The position numbers and the translations under genes are program-made. The notes beneath the pieces were generated by a model. It was given only the letters and a program-made list of their open reading frames with translations, did not search any database and was not told the origin of the DNA. Shown here piece after piece: positions 36,098 through 48,944 of a DNA stretch of 64,000 nucleotides. Source of the stretch: Felis catus (lineage: Eukaryota); NCBI RefSeq assembly GCF_018350175.1, contig NC_058373.1, positions 106,828,001-106,892,000 of the forward strand, in the 5' to 3' direction. Position 1 is the first letter of the stretch; each line of letters begins with the position of its first letter.

Positions 36098-37714
36098 TAA
36101 TTACCTTATACTTTGTTTCTCATATAGAAAAGACTTTTAAAATTTTACCCATTCATGACTATTGATTGAGCAGATAAATAGCACAGGGAAAGAGACTGTA
36201 TAGGCTCTAACTTACAGTCAAAACTACATCTTTCTCTTTTGTTTCCTCTGGTATGTCTTCTGTGGCATTTTTCAACAATAAGAGTATGTAACTAATGATG
36301 TCAAGAAACTTTTAAAAGTCATTAATGAACACTAATCTGAAAATCAGATTTTTGATTAATAGGCTGCACATTTGTTTTAAGGTCCAATATTTTCTTATTA
36401 GAAATCAATTAAATTTCTGTAGAGATTTTAAAAATTAGATTATGCATTTTGTAGAATAACAAGATGGAAATGGTAGGATATAGTTTGTTTGCAGAGGTCA
36501 TCGTCCGGGAATACCTTTCCTGGGTAGAAAAGAATTCCTAACTCTGTTGACAAGAGAGAAGTCATGATAATGGCTGTCACTCCTTTGTCCTACATATTAA
36601 ACAAGTGTCTGACTATATGCAAAGTACTATGAACAAAAAAGATATAATCCCTTCCCTCATGGATCTTACAATCTAAAATGAGTGAGAATTCACAGGGTCT
36701 TCTGTGCTATGATAAGGGTAGAATACAGGATTCTGTGAGCTTATGACTAATGGTAGATCTATTTCCTGAGACAGGGAACTGAGTAGAAGTGGCAGGGCAT
36801 TGAAAAATTCACTTTAGGTCATGTCATTTGAGGTGTGGCTAATCAAGTATAGGAGGTAGTTGGATATATATATTTTTTAAGCTCTTAGAAAGATAGAATC
36901 TTCACTTAAAAAAAAAAAGTTTTCCCTTCCCCAACACCCTTTTCCGTACACAAAATATCTCATCAAAACTTGTGGACTCAGTGAATGAATCTGTTTTGAA
37001 ATGTATGGACTGAAGTCTTTCTTTTAGAGGCAAATATTTTTTGGTCCTCTTTTCTGTATTTTGTGTAAAATATTTAGAATTGCTACATATTGTTAAGACA
37101 ATAAATCTTTTATTGTCTTAAATATTTAGTAAGTTTTATTTCCGCTTCTTTCAGGTTATCAGCAAACATATAAATGCTCAGTCACACGGGGGTTTGTTTA
37201 TTTTAAGCAAAAGGAAAAAGGATGGATTGGCTAAGGGAGTCAGTTATTTTCTAGGTCAGTCTGAGTCTGAATCCTCAAATATGCAAGGATTAAAAAATAA
37301 CAGACTGGAAATTGAATCCACTTCTGTAGACAGTTATTCAAAACTGAGAAATTTGAAATAGTTGACAGATGAGGCAAATTGAAATTGTGAATACTATAGA
37401 ACATTCTTAGAAAACTTTAAATAGCTCCATGTTTTCCACATCTTTTCAATGTTTTGCTCATACTATAGCTGTTAGTGAAAATAGGTCAGTATCTAATTTT
37501 TATGGTCACTAGAAACCTCAAACTAAATTGAGCTTAGATATTTTTCAGGTAATTATGTACTTCTAAAGTTTACTTTTAAAAATTATGCAGTACATACCTT
37601 TGTATGTACTTCTAGTACATACCTAGAAGTTTAATAAGACTACCTTATGGAGCATGTAGTTCATATCACAGCACATGTCTAGAAGATATTGACACATTAA
37701 AAATCATGAAATAT

Positions 37715-38170
37715 GGGTCACCTGAATGGCTCACTGGGTTGAGCAACTGACTCTTTTTTTATTTTATTTTTTTATTTTTATTTTTTATTTTTTTCAACGT
37801 TTTTTTATTTATTTTTGGGACAGAGAGAGACAGGGCATGAACAGGGGAGGGATAGAGAGAGAGGGAGGCACAGAATCGGAAACAGGCTCCAGGCTCTGAG
37901 CCATCAGCCCAGAGCCTGATGCGGGGCTCGAACTCACGGACCGCGAGATTGTGACCTGGCTGAAGTCGGACGCTTAACCGACTGCGCCACCCAGGTGCCC
38001 CAAGCAACTGACTCTTGATTACCGCTCAGGTCATGATCCCATGGTCCTGGGATCGAGCCCCACGTTGGATCATGGAGCCTGCTTGGGATTCTTTTTCTCC
38101 CCCTGTACCTTGCTCTCCACCCACCCCCCCATAAATAAATAAAAATTTTAAAAATTTAAAAATAAAGTAA
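37715..38170 (+). mobile_element. Host CanSINE interrupted by a young antisense CanSINE (37754-38001)
   Basis: TSD agcaactgactctt at 37742-37755 and 38003-38016, inside the host head. Confidence 0.92.
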
Positions 38171-38302
38171 ATAAACTGTGAGAAAACATGGAGGAAATAT
38201 CAAAAGCAACAAGCTCTGACTTGCACATACCATGTGAAATTGAGACTGCTGCTCATAGCCTGCACAAAGTAACTATGGTTTGGGTAAGTTGTACATTTTT
38301 CT

Positions 38303-38507
38303 TTAAGTTTATTTATTTATTTTGATAGGGAGAGAGCCATTGAGCACGTGTGTGCATTAGCAAGGGAGGGGCAGAAGGTGAGAGAGAATCCCAAATAGTT
38401 TCCCTGCTCAGTGCAGACATGGGGCTAGATCTCGGACCATGAGATCATGACCTGAGCCAAAATCTAGAGTCAGACACTTAACCAACTCAGCCACCCAGGC
38501 ACCCCCA
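38303..38507 (-). mobile_element. CanSINE
   Basis: Reverse body. TSD agttgta(c/t)attttt. Confidence 0.85.
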
Positions 38508-38955
38508 AGGTAGTTGTATATTTTTACCTAATTCAGCAAAGACTAATTATTTTTGAATAATTTTTGGTCGGAAAAAAATGACCTGTGTCATGGACTTCAT
38601 GGAAATGCTATTTAGCATAGAAGAGCTGTATTTGACTTATTTTGTTTGGTTTGCTTGGTCACTTTTGGTTTGCTTTTTGAAATTTCATTTTTAAGGTTTT
38701 AATTTAGGACATTTAAATTTAGGTATTACTTAACTCTGTAACAGTCTTTTTGCATTATAATTCCTCTGGATGAAATTTGGTTTTTTGGAAGAAATAATTT
38801 AAATCAAAGAGTGAAGTCAATATTTAGTTGAAGCTGTAAGATGAAATATTGGGCAGCTAAGGAAGTTTTCAGATAATCTTTGAAAAAATTTAATGTAGTA
38901 TTTTCCATGTTGTCCCATATAATCTATAGTCATCTTTAAAAATCTTTTAATGCAG

Positions 38956-39168
38956 GAATACCTGCGTTGCTCAGTCAGTTAAGCGCTGGACTCTTGATTT
39001 TGGCTCAGGTCAAGATGTCAGGGTTTGTGAGATGAGCCTCACATCCGGTTCTGCCCTGACAGCTCAGAGCCTGCTTGGGATTCTCTCTCTCCCCATCTCT
39101 TTGTCCCTCCCCCCACTCATTCTCTCGCCTGCTTTCAAAAATAAATAAATAAACTTGGAAAAAAATAA
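38956..39168 (+). mobile_element. CanSINE
   Basis: Diverged full-length copy. TSD approximately aatctttt(a/t)atgca. Confidence 0.85.
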
Positions 39169-39224
39169 AGATAATCTTTTTATGCAAAATAAAATATAGA
39201 TACAGAAAACCGTGTAAAACCATC

Positions 39225-39600
39225 TTTTTAAATGGCTTTATTGAACAGTCTTTATTGAGATATAACTCACGTAGCATAAAATTGACCCATTTAAAGTTTG
39301 TATCTCAGTAGTTTTTAGCGTATTCGCAGAATTGTGCAACCATTAACCACAAGTTAATTTTAGCACATTTATATCTCCCCCAAAGAAACTTTATACTCAT
39401 TAGCAGTCACTCCCCATTCTCCTCTCCTCCAGCCCTTGTCAACCACTCATCTACTTTCTTGTCTCTATAGATTTTTTTTTGATATTTCATATAAGTGCAA
39501 TCTTAGATAACTTTTTGATCAGTTTATAAGCATGTTGTATATCTTATGAGATAACCAGTGATGAATAATGTAGCCTCCTTTTATAGCTTGAATAATGGTG
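39225..39600 (-). mobile_element. L1 3' end remnant (L1MA/L1MB-like)
   Basis: tttattgagatataactcac...aaaattgacccatttaaagt...ttgtgcaaccat...cattagcagtcactccccattc...aaccactcatctactttct. Confidence 0.8.
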
Positions 39601-40713
39601 GTTTCCTTGTCCTCTGACCAGGAAAAATTATTCAGTAATTGGAAGACTGTATCCAAATTTAAACCAAGAATCAGGCTCTTCACTAGTATTAAAACTTCAA
39701 AGAACATGTACCATTAGTCCTCATCTCCAGTACTGTGGGTTGCTCAGTAGCCCCTCAGCTTTCCCTGAAGTGTGTGTTAGTAGCCATTTCTCTTCTACCT
39801 TGTAAACTCAATCTTGATGAGTTCACTGAAATGTTTCTCCTGGCAGCTGACTTGCCTGAACTCTACCTTCTTACTCCCCTAAACCCAAGAATGAGAAACA
39901 ATTAAAGGCAAGAACAGGAAAATAGAACAGATTGTGATCAAGGTTGTAAGAACAGGAAGAGAAATGGTATAAAGTTTGCAAGGAGACTGAATTTGTAGAT
40001 ACAAGAATAAAACTTGGAGGCTGTGTAGGAGAGAATAAGACCTAGAGGGAAGAAAAGGCAAAGATGTTATAATGTAGTAGAAGAAAGGAATTTTTTTAAG
40101 TTCTCAGTTCTGAATGTTGAATTTTAGTCATAATGTCAGTGAGACACAAACGATAATTCCATTTTCTGATGAGATTTAATGCCCTTGATATATTTTCTTT
40201 CCAGAACTTTGTATAGGAACTTTGAAGCTTAACTATAGTCATGGTTTTTTTTGTTTGTTTGTTTGTATGTTTTTTTTGTTTTTTGGGGGTTGTTTGAAGA
40301 TCTTCAGGTTTGAACCAGTGCAGCATGGGAAACCCTTATTAGCTTGGGATTATTGTTCAGAGATATTCCACAGAAAATTGAATGGCACTGTCCCCCCTAG
40401 AATTTCAAATTGGAGGGGCAGAATCACGCTAATTGAGAGGTTGTTTCTGCCAAAGAAGATTTGATTTAATAGATTAGAGGCCTTCTGGTTGGATTAGAAT
40501 TGTCAGTAGGATTTTAAGAGCATTTGCTAAAAGTGCCCCCAAAGAGCCACAGTCCTACATCAAGTTTTAAAGGAGTAAAATCCTATAATAAGCAAAGTCA
40601 AAATTTGGGAGGAGGGGAGTACAAAACTGATGGGAACTGTTTGTGCGTGTATTTTACATTTTGGATGACATATTTAAAACCCTATATTCAGTTCCTTATC
40701 AGAAATATTGCCA

Positions 40714-42730
40714 GGGTGCTTGGGTGGCTCAGTTGGTTAAGTATCCAACTCTTGATTTCCACTCAGGTCATGATCTCACAGTGGTGAGATCCAGCCCTGC
40801 ATCAGGCTCCATGCTGGGTGTGGAGCCTGCTTAGGATTCTCTCTTTCCCTCTCCTCTCTCTGCCCTTCCCCAACTCGTGCTTGTTCCCACTCTCTCTCTC
40901 AAAAAAAATATTGCGTACTGTATTTGTATATAACTTTTTAAAGGAGCAGGTGATGAAGATAGTTTTCTTTAGAACAATTGAGATTCATTATTTAACATGA
41001 AATATGTTATATGATTTAAATGTTTTTAGTATTGGTACCCTAAGTTTATAAAATGTGTGAATAATTTTTTTAATAACAAGGACTTGTTTCTTTTCAAAAG
41101 AACTCTATTATAAATCTGCATAATTCTTTTATAGGTTATATTGTAGGAGAAACTTAAGAGTACAGTTATTTGTTGATTTAACTGACTATCAGATTGAGCT
41201 TTATTAAAAGAATATTTAAATTTTATTTTTTTAATGTTTATTTTTGAAGGAGAGAGAAAGAGACAGAGCATGAGCAGGGGAGGGGCAGACAGAATCTAAA
41301 GAGGGAGACAGAATCTAAAGCAGGCCCCAGGCTCTGAGCTGTCATCACAGAGCCCCACATGGGGCTCAAACTCACGAACCATGAGATCATGACCTTAGTG
41401 GAAGCCGGACGCTTAACTGACTGAGCCACCCAGGCGTCCCTGAAAGAATATTTAATAAGAAACCTGTGAAAATATTTTAGGCCTGAGGGAGATTGGAGCA
41501 ACATTCCGGAGGTCTTAGCCCTATGAGCTGCAAACTAATGGACCCTATAAGAAACTTCTAACTGAAGTAAGATGGGGCTGCCTGGGTGGCTCAGTTGGTT
41601 AAGAGTCTGACTTCAACTCAGGTCATGATCTGTGGTCTGTGAGTTTGAGCCCCACAAGGGGGGTGGGGAGCTGACAGCTCAGAGCCTATAGCCTGCTTCG
41701 GATTCTGGGTCTCCCTCTCTCTCTGCCCCTCTTCTGCTTGCACTCTCTCTCTCAAAAATAAATAAAAATTAAATAAAAATAAATAAAGATGTACAAATTT
41801 AGAGACTATGATTTATGTATATTTAGAAAATAGATAATGGGTCACCTGGATGGCTTGGTTGAGCATCTGACTCTTGATTTTTGGCTCAGGTGATGATCCC
41901 AGTGTTGTGGGATTGAGCCCCATGTTAGGCTCCGTGCTGAGTGTGGAGCCTGTTTAAGATTCTCTATCTCCCTCTGCCCCTCTCCCCTGCTTGCCTGTGC
42001 TCTCTCTCTTACATACACAATTAAAAATAAATAAAATATGAGATACTAGAGGAGCGTTTGTTAAATGAGATTAAGCTGTATGTATAGAGTAAGGTACCAT
42101 TATTTTACTGGTGTTTTCTGGTTTCATAGTGGAATAAATATTGATTATAGAGTATAAAGAATTCTGCTACTACTACCATGTTCTAGGGAGTTGACATCAA
42201 CAGAGAGAGATTAGTTAATAGTTCCTGGGCTTTCAGGGGTCCTACAATGTCCAAGTCTTAAATTTCTAAGAACCTACTTATGTGGACTATTTATGCTACT
42301 TTCTGTTTATGGAGAATTCGATTTTCTATTTCTCCTTCCCCTTTCCCTCATCCTTTGGTTGTAGGTTTTTTTGAAGTGAACATAATTTTATTTATTTCTT
42401 CAAATCAGTCAACTGCATTTATTACGTTCGTTTTTAGTCTGTTGTCATCCTTTGAAATTTTGTTATCAACAAATTTTTAATTCTTTTAAAAAATTTTTAA
42501 TTCTCGGGGCACCTGGGTGGCTCAGTCAGTCGGGCGTCTGACTTCAGCTCTGGTCATGATCTCACGGCACTCATGAGTTAAAGCCCCGTGTCAGACTGTG
42601 TGCTGACAGCTCAGAGCCTGGAGCCTGCTTCTGATTCTGTGTCTCCCTCTCTCTCTCTGCCCCCACCCCGCTTGTGCACGCGCTCTCTCTCTCTCTCTCT
42701 CTCAAATATAAATATTAAAAATAAGTGAAT
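40714..42730. mobile_element. Cluster of five CanSINEs: 40714-40907 (+), 41218-41440 (-), 41574-41787 (+), 41838-42035 (+), 42505-42730 (+)
   Basis: Each has a tRNA-like head, CT tract and A-rich tail. TSDs are visible for most, e.g. aaagaatatttaa and aaatttttaattct. Confidence 0.88.
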
Positions 42731-42816
42731 AAATTTTTAATTCTTAATTTCCATAAGTGGCATTTAATTCTTTCCCAATTTGCCTGGTGATTTTTAAATG
42801 ATTTCTTCTCATTTTC

Positions 42817-42818
42817 GT

Positions 42819-42880
<62 letters not shown>
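42817..42880. repeat. Compound (GT)n(GA)n microsatellite
   Basis: Direct reading of the sequence. Confidence 0.95.
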
Positions 42881-42882
<2 letters not shown>

Positions 42883-43747
42883 AATCTTGTTAAATACTCC
42901 TTACATAGTTATTTTATATCTTTTGTCGTGTTAACTCCTACTCATGGCAGCCTGTTTCCTTGTATATTTGGTGAGTTTTTTTTTTTTTCTGTGAGCTCAT
43001 ATTTGATTAAACACAACATTCCTTTATCTTCTGTATAACTGTCTATAATTTTATTTCCTCTTTTTGTAGCATAAAAAAGTCATTTTCTTTTTTATATTTA
43101 ATACCTAATGTAATCAGCCAATATATTTTATTATGCTTAACTGTTCCTTATATCTCATTCCTGGATTTACCTTTCTTGCTAAAGTATATCCTTTAGTAAT
43201 TTTGTTAGTAACAGAGTGTGGCCTGTAGATATCTGTAGTTTTTGTCTGAAAGTCTATTTTATACATTTCTTTCTTTTTTAGCAAATAAAGACTTTTTGGC
43301 TAATAGGGTACCCCCCTTTCCTATTAGTACCCTCAAGGTATTATTTCATTGTATTATGAAACTTGACTCCCTGAGAAGTCTGGTTTCTACCTAGCTGTTA
43401 GGCTTTTGTATATAATTTTTCTCTCTGATAGTTTTAAAAAGATTCCTTTTCTGTATCTGTCACCACTGTGTGACCTTTGGCAAGTTGCAAACAGAGATAA
43501 TGAGATGTTATCTGTGTTGTGGGGGGGGTTGTAGCAGTGATTACATTAATCTATGTAAAATGTATGTAGGACAGAGTCCTGTTTTTAAGTGTGATATAAA
43601 TATTACTATTCTAAACACATTCTCATATGCCTAGATATGTGTATGCTGTGCTGTATGTAAGTATTCCTTGAAATACGTGGTTGATATGCATTGTTGATCT
43701 AAAGACGAGTATCTTTCAATTCTAGAAAATTCTCTAACCTTTATATT

Positions 43748-46700
43748 TTTCTTTTTAAAAAATTTTTAATGTTTATTTTTGAGAGAGAAAGAGACAGAAT
43801 GCGAGTGGGTTGGGGCGGAGAGAGAGGGAGACACGGAATCAGAAGCAGGCTCCAGGCTCTGAGCTGTCAGCACAGAGCCTGGTGCGGAGCTCGAACCCAC
43901 GAGCTGTGAGATCATGACCTGCGCCGAAGTCAGACGCTTAACACAGGCGCCCCGTCTTTTTAAAAAATTTATTTTTAAGTAATTTCTACACCTAACATGA
44001 GACTTGAACTTAGATTCCTGAGATCAAGAGTCACATGCTTTACTGACTTAGTCAGCCAGGTGCCCCTAAATTTTTGAATATTGCTTTTGTGGTGTTTGTT
44101 TTAATCTCTGTGTTATGTTCCAGATACTACCTAAGTATCAGTTTTCAATTTACTAATTACCCTCTTGACTTTATTCAGCTAGAGTTTACGTGGCCTCAGT
44201 TGTTTTAATTTTCAGTGAATATTTTTTCCTTTTCAGGATCTCTGTCTCTAATAGCCACCTATTCTGATTTGGTTTCTGTTTAAAATTTTTTCCTCTTCAT
44301 GTCTATTGTTTTGTTTGTCCATGTTAGTTGGTTTTTTTTTTCCCTCATGTGTTTTGGAATTCGGTTTTGCATTCTCATGTTAGAAGTTTTTTGTTTTCAC
44401 CCTTATCCAGTGTTTTTGTATGTGCCCACATCTTGGCCCTAGGGTGTCCAGTCTGAAACCATGTCTTATATTGGAGGTGTGGTTCCTGATTCTCAATAGC
44501 ATCAGAATCAGCCTTATCTCTCCCAGGAAAAGACAAAAAGATTTCTATACTTCTCACTGGGCACCTAACTTCATTCAAAGTATAGCCCCAGGTAAGGATT
44601 AGTAAGTAGCCTTTTCCAGCTCCTTTTATAGGCAGCAGGGCCCTTCCGTCCCAGGCATTAGTTTCAGTGAGGTAGAATTCTTTTTCAGCCTTGCACAGGG
44701 CATTTTTAATCTCTGTTACTATCTCTACAGGATGTAGACTCTTGTCCATCTCTGGGAGTTGAACCCAGGAGGCTCATAGTTTCAGCTTCACAAAGAGCTT
44801 TGTATTTCAAGAATTTATCTTTAGCAAGTGGCTTGGTCTTCTTAATTTTGTTTTATAGTTCATTTATTTATTTAAAAATACTTCTGTAGTAGAAGGGCAC
44901 TTCAGAGTGTGAATATACAAAACCATTTAAAGGGCGATCAACATTTAAAATTAATGTGTGTCGTATATATCCTTTAGAAAGATGGCTGTTTACTCTTTAT
45001 CTAGGAGAAGCATATTTTTTGTATTCCTTTGCCAATAGTGGACATTATAAATTTTTAATCTTTAATAATGTGTAAAAAATGAATTTATGTTTAATGGCTA
45101 GCGAGCTTGCTTATTACTCCATGTATTGTCCATTTGTATGGACAATTTTTTTAAAATTTATTTTTCATTTTATTTTAATTTTATTTTTGAGAGTGAGCGA
45201 GACAAAGCACAAGCAGAAGAGGGCAAAGAGAGAGAGGGAAACAGAGAATCCAGAGCAGGCTCCAAGCTCTGAGCTTGTCTGCACAGAGCCTGATGCGGGG
45301 CTTGAACCCATGAACCGTGAGATCATGACCTGAGCCAAAGTCGGATGCTCACTGACTGAGCCACCCATGCACCCCTGCAAATAGTTATTTCAAAGATACT
45401 TGCCTTTCAACTTTATAAGCCTGGTTTTATAGTGTAGAAGTTTTATTCCTCTGGAGTTGCTTTTTATTCCTTTAGAGTCTTTTTTTGCCACAATGGCAAA
45501 AAAATGTCATACTCAGAAAGTCCTTTCCTACTATAAGATTATCGAAATATTTGCCTAGATGCACTTGTATTGTTTTATTATTAGTATTTCAAGCTTAAAT
45601 CTTTAATTACCTGATATTTATTTTAAGCTGTGTGATAGGGATTCAGTTACTTGCCATGGGAGAGGGGAGGATTAGAATAGGCCAGCTGTTTTAACACCAT
45701 TTTTTGAATTTTTGTTTGCACAGTTGTCTTTCTGGAGTCTCAATTCTATTCCACTGATCAGTTCATTCCTGCAATAGTATTCCCTCTTAATTACCATAAT
45801 TTGAAATTGTTTAATATTATGTATGGCAGGTGCTAATGTTTTTTAGAATGTTTTGGATATTCTCAAACATTTATTGCTTCATAAGAATTTTGGAATCATT
45901 TCATCAAGGTCTGGGAACAAAAGGACCCAGTTGTGGTTACACTGAATTTATCGGTTAATAAAGTGAGGATAACTGTCTTTGTAATATTGAATCTTCCTGT
46001 CTCAGAAATAGAAGTGTCTTTTATTCTGAGGCTCTTTTCTTTTTTTGTGGGGGGAGGGGGGGTTTAAGTTTATTTATATAGAGAGAAAACACTTGGGCAT
46101 GCATGTGATTGGGAGAAGGACAGACAGAGAGGGAGAGAGCGAATCCCAAGCAGACTCCACACAGGGCTGGATCTCAGAAATGTGTGAGATCATGCCATGA
46201 GCCAAAATCAAGAGTCATACGCTTAACTGACTGAGCCACCCAGGCGCCCTGAGGCTCTCTTCTTAAAGGTCCTGAATATTTCTTTGAATATATATTCAGA
46301 TATACTTCTGTTGGCATTTTTTCTTTATTTTGTAAGTGGTTATTAATAGTTTTTCTGTAATCAGATAACCTTACTGAACTTTTTTTTCCTAAAAATGTTT
46401 TAGATTTTGAGTTTGTCATGACATAATAATTATTTGCAAATAGCAATTTTATCTCGTCTCATAATTTTACACCTTTAAAAAAGTGCTAACTGTATTGATC
46501 ACCATTTCTAGACATTGCTAAAGGATAAGAGCAGGTGTCCTGTATTCGTTTTTTTCCTGGGAATTGTCCTAATCACTGTGTGTCCTCTTTGGCTTCAAAT
46601 ATATGTTATATTATGGAATTAATTTTATCAGATCCCTTTTATCATATGAAGAGATGATCATGTGTTTTTTTTTTCTTTGAACTTTTTTTAAGAAGATGAC

Positions 46701-47794
46701 ATCTTAATAGGTTGTTAAATATTGGCTCATAGTTAAATTCTTAAAATGAGCTCTACTTGTTGATTTGTAATATATATTCATATTTTACTTAGGGTTTTTT
46801 GCTTCTGTATTAATATGTTCAGACTGTAGTTGTATTTTTGGGCGCTGTCTTTTTCAGTTTTTAATCAGGATTATGGTAGGGTTGTAAAAAGAAATGGGAA
46901 GCTTTTTTCTCTGTTCTTTAGGTAATTTAGGTAAATTGGGTATTATTACTATTTCTTTTAAGGCTTGTAAGATATTGATTGTGAAATTATCTGATACACT
47001 TTTGTTTTTAATAACTTTATTTTGAAAACAATTTAAATTAACAAAATTTTAAGAAAAAAAATACAGCGAACTTTAATATTAACCTGAATGACTAATTAAC
47101 ATTTGCCACATTGGTTTTACAAGTTTTATTTTTTTTCCTTTTGTGTGTATACTCATGTGTGTTCTTTTTGCACACACAAATATGTATAAGCCAGTGCACT
47201 ATTATACATTACACTTATATCTCTTTGGTCTTCTTTACCCTGGAATGGTTCTTATGTTTTTTTTATTTTATTTTTCATGAACCCTAGAGCTCTTTAGTTC
47301 TTTGATAACTTTCTCATTTTGTTCCAGAGTTACTGGTATCTATTTCATAACTGCTTGAAAAAATTTTGATAATTTATTTTTAAGAACATTGCCTGTTTCC
47401 TCCATATTTTCAAATTTATTGGCAAAGAATTGTACAGTGTGTTTTTATTAAAAAAAAAAAACACCTCTCCGTGAGGCAAGTACAGTTTGTTTGATTTCTA
47501 ATTTTGTATAATATTTTTTCTTAGACTAGTGGTTTAACCTATTTTTACTCGTATTTTCCTCCTATAACATCATATTTACGTTAATTTTTTCCTTTTTTTT
47601 GTAATGTTTATTTATTTTTGAGAGAGAGACAGACAGAGTGTGAGAGAGGGAGGAACAGAGAGAGGGAGACAGAATCTGAAGCATACTCCAGGCTCTGAGC
47701 TATCAGCACAGAGCCTGATGCAGGGCTCAAACTCACGAACCGTGAGATCGTGACCTGAGCTGAGGTCTTACCGCCTGAGCCACCCAGGCGCCCC
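43748..47794 (-). mobile_element. Old antisense L1M-like tract carrying antisense CanSINEs at ~43748-43953, 43957-44066, 45145-45376, 46063-46249 and 47585-47794
   Basis: T-rich degenerate L1-like sequence (e.g. aacaccattttttgaat, aatattgaatcttcct, gagatgatcatgtg). The SINEs are clear; the L1 boundaries are uncertain. Confidence 0.65.
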
Positions 47795-48527
47795 TTACCT
47801 TAATTTTTCTTAATATATTCCTTAATATATTTCTCTCCATAGGTCTTGTGTGTAGGTGTGTGTGGTTGTTCTTTTTACTTATTGAGTTGATGTTTAGTAT
47901 GCTGATTTTTACTTTTTTACTAAGGAAGTGTGAGTTTTCCTGAGTAAGGTTTGGTCACATCTCATTAAAATTGATACAAGGTTTTTCTCATTATTATTGG
48001 ATTATATAGGATTAAATATCCTATAATTCTAAAAATATACAAACTCAGTGCAAGGTTTATTAGACGCATGCCTTATTTAAAGCAATATCCAGGTCTCAGA
48101 AGTGTTCTTCTTTCTTTACTGCTACCAGCATCTACTGTTATTGTAGTAAAGTCAGATAGTATGGTCTGTGTCATTTGTTTTTCTCTTTCTTTTTTGGAGG
48201 GGAGAGGGGTCCTGGGGTAGGATGAGTGGGAGTATGTTAGGAAACTTTACCCCTTTCGTTTTCCAGTATACAATCAAGTAAATGCTTGGTTTTTAACTAA
48301 TGTTTTAAGCATGTTTGAACAGAGCATATAGTCTTGATTTCAATATATAGTATATTTGAAAGATTGTTCTGTATTATCTGGCATAAAAATATTTAGCCCA
48401 TAAAATTTGGAAGTTATAATTTTAGAGTACACTCTCATCAATTAAAAAAAGACAGTCGTATTTATTGACTTAGTCTTATGCTTTTCTTTGTCTGAAATTA
48501 AAATCTCAACCCTTGACTTTCGTTACG

Positions 48528-48944
48528 CAGTTGACCCTTGAACAACATGGAGGTTAGGGGTACCAACTCTCCACGTGGCCAAAAACTCACATATAACTTT
48601 TGTCTCCCCCAAAACTATTGATAGCTTACTGTTGATTAGATAGAAGCCTTACTGAAAGCATAAACAGTTGATTAGTGCATATTTTGCATGTTATGCGTTG
48701 TATACCATATTCTTATCATAAAATAAGCTAAAGAAAAAATTAAAAAACTCATAAGAAAGAGAAAATACATTTATAGTACTGTACTGTATTTATAAAAAGG
48801 AAATCTGTGTATAAGTGGACCTGTGCAGATCATTAATGAAAAACCCAGCCACGCAAACATATACTTTCTATGGTTTAAAACTAAGTTCATCTCTATGACT
48901 TGTCATTATCTCTTAAGTAATCTCCTTCTTAAGGGTCACCTGTA
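48528..48944 (-). mobile_element. Tigger2a-like MITE with one terminal repeat disrupted by a 101-bp foreign insert
   Basis: Starts cagttgacccttgaacaaca and ends aagggtcacctg-ta. It is the reverse complement of the copy at 19833. Confidence 0.85.

Noticed and set aside
37093..37121. 13-bp stem with a 3-nt loop (ttaagacaataaa / tttattgtcttaa), and a 9-bp stem near 37590
   Set aside because: Short, AT-rich and too small for a pre-miRNA; plausible by chance or local template switching.
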